Source of the DNA: Candidatus Foliamicus sp.
GTDB taxonomy: Bacteria; Pseudomonadota; Gammaproteobacteria; Steroidobacterales; Foliamicaceae
Direction of reading: 5' to 3'
Assembly: GCA_965261845.1 (NCBI GenBank)
Contig: OZ253475.1
Span: 284,458 to 348,457, forward strand
DNA length: 64,000 bases
The notes beneath the pieces were generated by a model, which was given only the letters and a program-made list of their open reading frames with translations, was not told the origin of the DNA and did not search any database. Below are positions 16,832 through 27,800 of the stretch, in pieces (positions within the stretch are counted from its first letter, which is position 1; each line of letters starts with the position of its first letter). Made by a program: the position numbers and the translations under genes.

Positions 16832-17600
16832 GTGAAATTCGCCGCCGGCGAGACGAGCGTGATGCTGACGGCGGGCCATGGCGACATCGCGGACATCGAC
16901 GGGTTGCCGGCAGCATTCCCCGACGACTACACCTTCCAGTGGGTTCGGGTGGATGCGGACGGCCCGTCGAATCCCGCCGACATCAACGACGCAACCTCGG
17001 GCGTCTACACCCGCGCCGACGGTGGTCTCCATTCTGTGCCAGTCTCCTGCGTTCTCGCCGACCCACGCCGACAGCCTGACCTGGCGGGTGGGGTTCAGCG
17101 AGGCCGTTCAGAATGTCGACGCGGCGGACTTCGCAATGTCCGGCACGACGGCCGCGCCGACCGTTGCCGCGGTGTCGGGGCTTCCGCGCAATACGACGTG
17201 ACGGTTTCCGGCGGCAATCTGGGGTCCCTCAACGCCACGGTCACGCTTTCCTTTGCCTCGGGCTGCGGGTCCGGCCGGAAACGCACTCGCGAACACCACG
17301 CCGGCGGGGACGACGTACACGCCGTCGGGTTCGCTGCAGGTGGGCGCGTCGATTGCGGCGATGAGCCCTGCGGGAGGCAGCGGCATCGACAGCTACAGCG
17401 CCACGGGGCTGCCGTCGAGGTTGGGCATCAACGCCGCGACCGGGGTGATCGGCGGCACGCCGGGCACGGCCAGCGACGGTACGACGGTGACCGCGTCCGA
17501 CAGTGCGGACAACACCGCCATGGTGTCGATCGCGTTCCCGGCGGTGGCCAGGGGCGCTCAGACGCTGAGCGGGTTCGCCTGCAGCGCGGCCTTGAGGACG
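16832..17600 (+). pseudogene. Multiply frameshifted remnant of an adhesin/autotransporter paralogue
   Basis: Pieces lie in three frames: VKFAAGETSVMLT...YTFQWVRVDADGPSNPADINDATSGVYT; THADSLTWRVGFSEAVQNVDAADFAMSGTTAAPTVAAVSGLP; VTVSGGNLGSLNATVTLSFASG; TPAGTTYTPSGSLQVGASIAAMSPAGGSGIDSYSATGLPSRLGINAATGVIGGTPGTASDGTTVTASDSADNTAMVSIAFPAVARGAQTLSGF. The last piece is colinear with the repeat module of the 18779 ORF. Similarity ends near 17590. Confidence 0.5.
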
Positions 17601-17937
17601 ATTTGCGCCTGGGAACGACCAACGACCTGGCCCTGCCCGTGCTGGCTGGGAGCAACCCGGCCGGCTACACCCGAGGCCCCGCCGCGGCGGGCATCCATCA
17701 AGGACAAGGGCAAGGGCGAGAAGACGCGAGAGCGATGAGCGGCTCCCAAAGGCCGCAGAGCCTACGAAGGATGAACCGCAACGGCAGTGACAGACAAGAG
17801 AACGAACGAGACCAATGCAGTCATGAGGCGATTCAGCGTTGAGCACGAATTGCAACGAGAGTGCGCCCTGCGCGGATTTGCGGAGCCGAACGGCGGACGC
17901 GGAATGCCGGGAATCAGGGCAGCGGCCGGGGCAGGTC

Positions 17938-18861
17938 ATGTCCCGGCTGACGCTCTCCTGCGAGGAACGTCCGTGTGAACCGTCCCGCCGCGCACAGGTA
18001 GCCCGGCAACATTCGGGCTGGCTGTGGTCCGCGCTGGCCGGTCTTATGGTACTGACCGGCCTCGCCGCACCCGCTGCTGCACAGACGGTGCAGACGTTGG
18101 TTTCGAATACCAGTGAAAGCCGACCCCTCAGTGGTGCAAGCTCAATTTTAGCGGCGTCTATAAGCACGGGCGACCACCGTAATGGATACACGATTTCGCA
18201 GCTTGAACTTCACATGTTTGAGGTCGCGTCACGTAGCACGACCGTCAAGCTCTATTCGAACAGCAGCAGCGGCGAACCGCAGAATCTGCTGGCGACGTTC
18301 ACGAACACGGTCAGTTTGGCGAGCCGGGCGCTCAATACGTATACCGCGCCACCCAACACGACGCTCAGTAAAAACACGACCTACTGGATAGTGGTAAACG
18401 AGGATATTAGCGACAGCAGCCAGCGTGTTAGTTATTCCACTACCAGGAGCAAAAACGATACAAGCAGCTACGGATGGAGTATCGGCAACAAAAGGTTAAT
18501 TAAATCCACGCAAACTGCCGTCTGGAGAACTAGTACTTTTAGCGTTCTCTCCCTGGCCGTGAGAGGGAACTTAACCAGCGGCTCCTCCCCGCTCACGGTG
18601 ACGATCAGCGATGTTCCGGACACCAGCAGCGAGCCCTTCACGGCGACCTTCACCTTCCTGGAGACTGTCACGGGCTTCACCGTCGACGATATCACGCTCA
18701 CCAATGCGACGGCCTCGAGCTTCATGACAACAACGACCCCGGGTGTCTACACGGCGCTGATCACGCCCACGGCGGACGGTGCAGGCCTCGTCGACCTACA
18801 CCGCGTCGAACACTGGCCCCACCACGCTGGTATTGAACCTCGCCGCCGTTGCCACGGATAA
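17938..18861 (+). CDS. N-terminal segment (signal peptide + beta-rich module + Ig-like domain) of the giant autotransporter, separated from the rest by a frameshift
   Basis: ATG 17938 gives MSRLTLS...WLWSALAGLMVLTGLAAPAAAQTVQT (signal-like). The module ...NTTYWIVVNEDISDSS...SYGWSIGNKR... resembles those at 1-377 and in the 377 gene. The frame is closed by TAA at 18859-18861, while the next frame opens after TGA 18758-18760. Confidence 0.7.
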   Translation: MSRLTLSCEERPCEPSRRAQVARQHSGWLWSALAGLMVLTGLAAPAAAQTVQTLVSNTSESRPLSGASSILAASISTGDHRNGYTISQLELHMFEVASRSTTVKLYSNSSSGEPQNLLATFTNTVSLASRALNTYTAPPNTTLSKNTTYWIVVNEDISDSSQRVSYSTTRSKNDTSSYGWSIGNKRLIKSTQTAVWRTSTFSVLSLAVRGNLTSGSSPLTVTISDVPDTSSEPFTATFTFLETVTGFTVDDITLTNATASSFMTTTTPGVYTALITPTADGAGLVDLHRVEHWPHHAGIEPRRRCHG

Positions 18862-21800
18862 CGTCATCAACATTGCCGAGAAGGCGTCCGGGTTCGACAT
18901 CACGGGCGACACCGGGACTGAGATCGGCGTGGCCGTGACGGTGCAGATCGGCACCGAGACACTCACCGCGACCTCGGCGGATAACGCCGGAACCGCCACC
19001 TGGTCGGTGAGCGTATCGGTTGGCGCGTCGTACATCACCGGCACGAGCGTGGATGTGACGGTGTCGGCCTCCAAGATCGGCTACACCGCGCCCAGTGCGA
19101 TCGAGCGCACCGTGACGGTAGACCTGACCGCGCCGACGGCGCCGAGCTACACGGCGCCTGCGTCGCTGCAGGTGGGTGAGGCGATCACGTCGATGAGTCC
19201 CACCGGCGGCGGCATCGACGAGTACAGCGCCACGGGGCTGCCGTCGGGGTTGAGCATCGACGCGGGCACCGGGGTAATCGGCGGCACGCCGGATACGGCC
19301 GATGCGGGCACCGCCAGTGCCACGGTGACCGTATCCGATGCCGCCGGCAACACCGCCGAGGTGTCGATCACGTTCCCGGCGGTGGGCAAGAGGGACCAGA
19401 CGCTGACGGGGTTCCAGTACAGCGCTTCTTCGGTGACGTTCGGTTCCACGGCCCCCACGGTGACCGCGCCCTCCGGCGTGCAGACGACCTTGAGCTACTC
19501 GGCTTCTCCTTCGACGGTATGCACGGTCAACTCGTCCACCGGTGCGCTCACCCTGGTGGGGGCGGGCAGCTGCGAGATCGCCGCGACCGCGGCTTCCACG
19601 GCCAACTACAACGAGGCCAGCGTGACCTACACGGTCACGGTGCAGGCGGCCGGCGCGCTGGTATTGAACCTCGCCGCCGTTGCCACGGATAACGTCATCA
19701 ACATTGCCGAGAAGGCGGCCGGGTTCACGATCAGCGGCGACACCGGCTCCGAGGGTGGTGTGTCGGTGACGGTGACGGTGGGCACTACGGAGTTGACGGC
19801 CACCTCCGCCGCCGCCGATCCTGCGACCTGGTCGGTGAACGTTCCGGTGGATGCGTCGTACATCACCGGCACGAACGTTGACATCGCCGTGTCGGCCTCC
19901 AAGACCGGGTTCACCGAGCCCAGCGCGGTGCAGCGCACCTTGACCGTTGACCTGACGGCGCCGACGGCGCCGGCCTACACGGCTCCCGCCACCCTGACCG
20001 CCGGTACCGTGATCAGTGCGATGACACCTTCCGGCGGCAGCGGCATTGCTGAGTACAGCGCCACGGACTTGCCGTCGGGACTGGCCATTGACACGAGCAC
20101 CGGGGTGATCAGCGGCACCCCGGATACAGCGGACACCAACACCACCAGTGCGACAGTGACGGTGAGTGACACGTCCGGCAACACCGCCGAGGTGTCGATC
20201 GCGTTCCCCGCGGTGGGCAAGGGCGATCAGACGCTGAGCGGGTTCGAGTACAGCTCGGCCTCCATTGCGTTCGGCAGTTCCGCTCCGACGGTGACCGCGC
20301 CCACGGGGGTGGAGACGACTTTGAGCTACTCGGCCGAGCCCTCGACGGTGTGCAGCGTGGACTCGTCCTCCGGGGCGCTGACGATTGTCGGGGTGGGCAG
20401 TTGCGAGATCACCGCGACCGCTGCATCCGACAGCAACTACAACGAGGCGGAGGCGACGTACACGGTGACGGTGCAGGCCACCGCCACGCTGGTATTGAAC
20501 CTCGCCGCCGTTGCCACGGATAACGTCATCAACATTGCCGAGAAGGCGTCCGGGTTCACGATCAGCGGCGACACGGGATCGGAGGGTGGTGTGTCGGTGA
20601 CGGTGACGGTGGGCACTACGGAGTTGACGGCCACCTCCGCCGCCGCCGATCCTGCGACCTGGTCGGTGAGCGTTCCGGTGGATGCGTCGTACATTACCGG
20701 CACGAGCGTTGACATCGCCGTGTCGGCCGCCAAGACCGGGTTCACCGAGCCCAGCGCGGTGCAGCGCACCTTGACCGTTGATTTGACGGCGCCGACGGCG
20801 CCGGCCTACACGGCTCCCGCGTCGCTGCAGGTGGATGTGGCGATTACGGCGATGAGTCCGTCGGGCGGCGTGGATGTCGATGCCTACGCCGTTACCGGCT
20901 TGCCGTCGGGGTTGAGCATGGACACGAGCGGCGTGATCAGCGGCACCCTGGACACGACCGATGCGAGCACCACCAGTGCCACGGTGACCGTATCCGATGA
21001 GGCCGGCAACACGGCTGCGGTGTTGATCACGTTCCCGGCGGTGGGCAAGGGCGATCAGACGCTGAGCGGGTTCGAGTACAGCTCGGCCTCCATTGCGTTC
21101 GGCAGTTCCGCTCCGACGGTGACCGCGCCCACGGGGGTGGAGACGACCTTGAGCTACTCGGCCGAGCCCTCGACGGTGTGCAGCGTGGACTCGTCCTCCG
21201 GGGCGCTGACGATTGTCGGGGTGGGCAGTTGCGAGATCACCGCGACCGCTGCATCCGACAGCAACTACAACGAGGCGGAGGCGACGTACACGGTCACGGT
21301 GCAGGCGGCCGGCGCGCTGGTATTGAACCTCGCCGCCGTTGCCACGGATAACGTCATCAACATTGCCGAGAAGGCGGCCGGGTTCACGATCAGCGGCGAC
21401 ACGGGATCGGAGGGTGGTGTGTCGGTGACGGTGACGGTGGGCACTACGGAGTTGACGGCCACCTCCGCCGCCGCCGATCCTGCGACCTGGTCGGTGAACG
21501 TTCCGGTGGATGCGTCGTACATCACCGGCACGAGCGTTGACATCGCCGTGTCGGCCTCCAAGACCGGGTTCACCGAGCCCAGCGCGGTGCAGCGCACCTT
21601 GACCGTTGACCTGGCGCCGCCGGCGGCGCCGACGCATACCGCGCCTTCGTCGTTGCAGGTTGGGGTTTCGATCAACGCGATGAGTCCTTCCGGCGGCAGC
21701 GGCATTGCTGAGTACGGCGCCACGGATCTGCCCTCGGGGCTGACCATGAACACCACCACCGGAGTGATCAGCGGCACGCCGGACACGGCGGATGCCGACC

Positions 21801-24800
21801 CGGCCTCGTCGACGGTGACGGTGCGTGACACGGTGGGCAACATTGACACGGTTTCGGTCGTATTCCCGGCGGTGGCCAAGGGCGACCAGACGCTGGCGGG
21901 GTTCCAGTACAGCGCCTCCTCGGTGACGCTCGGCAGTACCGCTCCGACGGTAACGGCGCCCACTGGGGTGCAGACGACCTTGAGCTACTCGGCCGCGTCT
22001 TCGACGGTGTGCACGGTCAATTCGTCCAACGGCGCGCTCACCCTGGTGGGCGCAGGTAGTTGCGAGATCACCGCCACGGCGGCGTCCTCGGCCAACTACA
22101 ACGAGGCGACTGTCACCGTCACGGTGCAGGCCACCGGCGTGCTGGTGAAGCTTTCGGTGAATCCCGCGTCGGTGGACGAGGATGGCAGCGGCGCCAGTGT
22201 GACCATAGAGGCCACACTCAGCGGGGTGGCGAGAGACGAGCCCACGACCCTTACCGTGGCCGTGGGCGCTTCTGACGACGCGGCGATCGCGGGCGCCGAC
22301 TACGTTGCCGTAGACAATCTAAGCGTGACGATCCCATCCGGCCAGACGAGCGGCACGGCGACCTTCACGTTCACGCCCCTGGAGGATTTCATCGACGAGC
22401 GCGTCGAGGCGGTGTCGATCACCGCGACGAGCCAGGTCGCCGACATTGCGGTAGCCGGCACGACGCTGTCCATCAACGACAACGACGAGCACGGTGTGCG
22501 GATCAGTCCCACCAGGATTACGGCGCCCGAAGGAGGCAATGCTACCTACACGGTGGAGCTGACTTCGGAGCCGACCGGAGACGTGACGGTTACGCCGTCG
22601 CTCGGTTCGGGCGATACGGACGTGACGGTGAGCGGCGCGCTCACGTTTACCACCACGAACTGGAATGTGATCCAGACGGTGACGGTCTCTGCTGGCCAGG
22701 ATTCCGATGCGGCGAACGACACGGCGGTGATCGAGCACGCGGTCGCGGGCGCCGACTATGGCGCCAACAGCGTGACGGCGGACGATGTATTAGTAACAGT
22801 CGACGATGATGAGACGGCGGTGACGCTGACGGTGAATCCCACGGCGGTGGACGAGGGTGGTAGTGGCATCAGTGTGACCGTGACGGGCACGCTCGACGGC
22901 GTGGCGAGAGCCGGGCCCACGGCCCTCACCGTGAGCGTGGGCTCCTCTGATGACCCGGCGATTGAGGGTGCCGACTACGTTGCGGTAAATGATCGGACGC
23001 TGACAATTGACGCCGGGCAGACGACGGGCACGGCGACGTTCATCCTGACGCCGATCAATGACGATGTGGACGAAGGCAACGAGGCGCTGACGGTGGCGGG
23101 TAGCACGACCGTGACCGGGCTGAGCGTCACCGCGACGATGATCACGATCAACGACAACGACGAGCGTGGCGTGCAGATCAGTCCCACGAGGTTAACCGTG
23201 CCCGAAGGCGGCGACGCAACGTACACGGCGGTGTTGACGTCTCAGCCGACCGGAGACGTGACGGTGACGCCGTTGCTGGTCACTGGGTCCAGCTCTGACG
23301 TGACGGTGAGTGCGGCGCTGACGTTCACGGCAACCAACTGGGACCGGGCGCAGACGGTGACGGTAAGTGCCGCGCAGGACACGGACGCGGATAACGATAC
23401 GGCGACATTGGAGTACACGGTGTCGGGCGCCGACTATGGCGCCAACAGCGTGACTGCGCCGGATGTGTCGGTGACGGTCGACGACGATGAGACGACGGTG
23501 ACGCTGACGGTAGATCCTGCGTCGGTGGACGAGGACGGCAGTGGCACCAGTATCACGGTGACGGGCACGCTCGACGGCGTGGCGAGAGCCGGGCCCACGA
23601 CCCTCACGGTGCGCGTGGGCGCCGCGGACGACGCGGCCACGGAGGGCGCCGACTACGCCGTCGTGAGCGACCTGAGCTTGACGATCCCATCCGGCCAGGT
23701 GAGCGGCACGGCGACCTTCACGCTCACGCCCCTGGAGGATCGCATCGACGAGCCCGATGAGGCCGTGTCGATCACTGGCATGAGCGACATTGCCGGCTTT
23801 GAAGTGACCGGCACGACGCTGTTCATCAACGACAACGATGAGCGCGGGTTGACCGTATCGCCGACCGACCTGACTCTCACCGAGGGCGCGAACGCGACCT
23901 ACACCGTCGTGCTGGATACCGAGCCAACGCAGACCGTGACGGTGACGCCGTCGGTGAGCGGCAGCCCTGACATGACATTCACGCCTTCGAGCCTGCTGTT
24001 CACGCCGTCCGATTGGGACCAGGCGCAGACGATGACCGTCTTCGCGACCGAGGATGACGACGCCTACCACGACTCGTTGATCATTTCCCAGGCCGCCCAG
24101 GGTGCAGAATATGCGGCCCTGGTCGATGGCCCAATCTCGGTGACCATCTCCGACAACGAGGTAGCCTCGCAAGGCGATCTGCCGGCGCAAGTCAGGGACC
24201 TGAGCGCAACGGCAACCGCAACGCATGTCGACCTGACCTGGACTACAGTAGAAGACGCGGTGCTCGGCTACCGTGTCGAGGCGTCCTACGACGGCGGCGC
24301 CAATTGGGCCGAGGTTGAGGACCATACCGAGAGTACCGACACCACCTACCGGCATGACGTCGGGCTGAACTTCAATGAAACGCGGCGCTATCGGGTATCG
24401 GCCGTGGGCGAGAATGGCGCCGGACTGCCTTCGGTTTACTTGCGAGCGAACGCGACAGTCACAACGGGCGGATTGACGGCCACCGTTACGGCGCCCGAGA
24501 ACATGACGGACTCGATGCCTGACGGCACAACGGACCCGGTTCCGGCCGTCGATCTTTGCTGGATTCCCGAAGGGGTGGCCGTGAGCGAGCTCAGCGACGC
24601 CGCCATCGCCTGGACCCCGGCTCATTCATCGCGTTCTGTCGATCTGAGCGATTTGCCCTGGCAATCCGTTGGGAGCGGATCGTCCGAGGTCGATTGCGAG
24701 GACGGCATTGGTATTCGGCTGACATCGATCAGCGAGAACCAGCGCTACGCATTCCGGATGCGCGCCAACCACGGCGGCGCGTGGTGGGTCTCGAACGACG

Positions 24801-27800
24801 CCCAGGCGCTGTGGGTCGATTCGTCCAAGCCGCTTCGTACGATCGTGACCGCCGGGACAAGCGGCTTGTCCGGAGATACGCCGGTGCCGGCGCTCATTTG
24901 CCGCAACTTCAACGATCCGGCGACCCGCGAGGATGAACAAGGGTCCTTCTTCATCAGCGTAGGCTTCACCACGGCGTCGCCGGAGTATCTGCGCTACGAG
25001 CCCGTTAGCGGCTTTGATTCTTCCAGCGACCTGACGCTCGTCAACGCCACGGCGCAACGGGTCGATCGGCCGTACGACACACGGCTGGGATACCGGGTGC
25101 GGATCACCCCCAGCGTTTGGGGCGAGCCCGTGGCGGTCAGCCTTGCGGCCGATGTCGTGGCCCATGAGGCGACTTCCGTGGGCAACCAGGCTTCCGGCGA
25201 GTTCCGGCGCGAAACCGCCGACAGCGTAGATTGCGCCACCTCCGCCCCGGAGCTGGCGCGCCGGGCGCAGGTCACGTCCGCGGGATTCGAACAAGATGGC
25301 GACCGCAACGGCGAGTGGACCACCGGCGAACCGATCCGCGTGACGCTTCAATTTGACGAGCCGGTCCGTGTGACCAGGGCCGCCGGCGTTCCCAGCGTCA
25401 CCCTCACCCTCGGCGAGGCGGCGACGGAGGTGACTGCGCTGTTCTCGCGCGTTGCGCACGAGGACACCCTGGTGTTCGAACACCTGGTGACGGCAGAAGA
25501 GAGCCCGATTCGCGACCTCGCCCTGCTGGCCGACAGCCTGTCGCTCAACGGCGGCGAGATCAGCAGCTTCAGCGGACCCGCGGTCGACGTTGCGCACGCG
25601 GGGGCCGCCGTAACGGGCGGGCAGATCGTGCGGCCGGACCTTACGGCAGCTTGGTCGATGATTCCGGGTGCGCACGAGGGCAGCGAGAGCCACTTTGAGA
25701 TCCACCTCAAGTTCAGCGAGGCTGTGGACCTGATCGAGGTCATCGGCGAACAGAACCTTCTTGAGCACGCCTTCACGGTAACGGACGGCAGCATAGAGGC
25801 GATCTGGCCGGCCAGGGATAGCAGCGGGGAGTTTCTCGCCAACGAGTGGGCGATGCGCGTTGCGGTCGCCTCGGAGGAGCCGGTGACGATTTCTCCAGTG
25901 GTGGATCTCGCATGCGACCAGCCCGGCGCTATCTGCACGATCGATGACCGGGTGCTCTCCGAAGCGCCGTCCGTAACCCTGCATCGAACCGAGCAGGGGC
26001 TGTCCGTGGCCGACGCCGAGGTTGGCGAAGGACCTGGTGCGGTGCTGGTGTTTGAGGTGTCGCTCGCGCGGGCAGTGGACCATCCGGTGTCGGTGGATTA
26101 CGAGACGGCCGACGGCACGGCCGCGGCCGGGCAGGACTATGCAGCCGCATCGGGCACGCTCCGCATCGAAGCGGGGCAGACCACGGGCCGAGTCCGGGTC
26201 AACATTATTGACGATAGCCACGATGAGGGCGAGGAAACCCTGACGCTGATTCTGTCGAACGCATCCAATGCGCAAATCCACGATGGCGAGGCGCTGGGCA
26301 TCATCGTCAACAGCGACCCCATGCCCGCTGCGTGGCTGGCACGGTTCGGGAGGGCGGCTTCGGACCATGTGGCGCAGGCCATCGCGCGTCGACTGGAGCG
26401 GGGGCCGCGCGAGGAGCACATGACCGTGGGCGGCTTGCGCCTGGACCAACTGTTCACGAGTTCTGCAAAGCCGAATGCCGAACGCGCGTCATCCGGGTCA
26501 ACGCACCTGGATCGTGATCCCCCGGGTTCGGGCGCCATGGCGCCTGCCTCCGGTCTTTGGGCCGCTAGCGGTTCGGGCTACCGGAACGGGCAGCCAGCCG
26601 GTGGCTGGGGCAGGGGATCCCCCTCGTCCGTGCCGATGGGCGGATCCGATGCGCAGGGGTCGCCGGGTGACATGGCAGTTCCTTATGGCCGTACCTCGCG
26701 CGCCTCCGATGCGCCACCGAGTCTGCGCGATGTGCTGATGGGCAGTTCCTTCTTCTACACCTACGGCGAAGGGGACGATGCGTCTTCCGGCCCTTGGACG
26801 GCCTGGGGCGAGACGGCGTCCACGCGCTTTAGCGGCAGTGAAGGAAGCCTTTCGCTCGACGGCGAGGTGACCACGGCCATGCTGGGCCTGGACAAGCGCT
26901 ACGGCCGCTGGCTAATTGGCTCGACTTTGTCCTACAGCGAGGGCGAGGGGGGCTACCAGGGCTCCGGCGCTCTGGGTGGATCGGTGCACAGCACCTTGGT
27001 GAGCCTGAGTCCCTATGCGCACTACGAGTTGAACGATACGAGCAGCCTGTGGGGCGTGATCGGCTACGGCAGTGGCCGCCTGCGGCTCACTCCGCAGGGC
27101 GCGGAGTCCTCGCTGGATACGGACCTGTCCAATCGCATGGCTGCGTTCGGCGGGCGCGGACTCCTGTCCGTGCGCTCCGGCGATGCGGGCCGGTTCGAGC
27201 TGGCGCTGCGCTCTGATGCGCTGCTGACGCGCACCGCATCGGAAGCGGTGCAAGGCCTTGTGGGCGCACAAGGCGCGACTAGTCGGGTGCGGATGATGCT
27301 GGAGGGTTCGGGCGCCATGCCCGTTTGGGGCGGAATGCTGAGTCCCACCCTGGAGGCGGGCCTGCGCTACGATGGCGGTGACGCGGAGACCGGAGCCGGC
27401 GTCGAGGTCAGCGGCGGGCTGGGCTTTGCGGCGAACCGCCTGAAAATCGAGGTCAACGCGCGTGTACTCGTCGCACACGAGGACACCGGGTACGAGGAGT
27501 GGGGGTTCAGCGGTTCTCTCGCCTACACCCCGGGCGAGGACGGTCGGGGGCTGTCGATGAAGCTGGGCTCGGCGTGGGGTTCGACCCAAAGCGGCGTGCA
27601 GTCGCTGTGGAGCTGGCAGGACGCCTCGGGGTTGGCAAGAAACGGCCCGTTCGAGGCGGCGCAACGCTTCCAGGCGGAACTCGGTTACGGGATTGCCGGT
27701 CGCGGCAAGGCCGCGCTGTGGGTGCCGTTCATTGCGGCGCAGGCGGCCAATGGCGACGGTCAGTCGCTGCGGATGGGCGTAAAGCTAACCTCCGGCCCCA

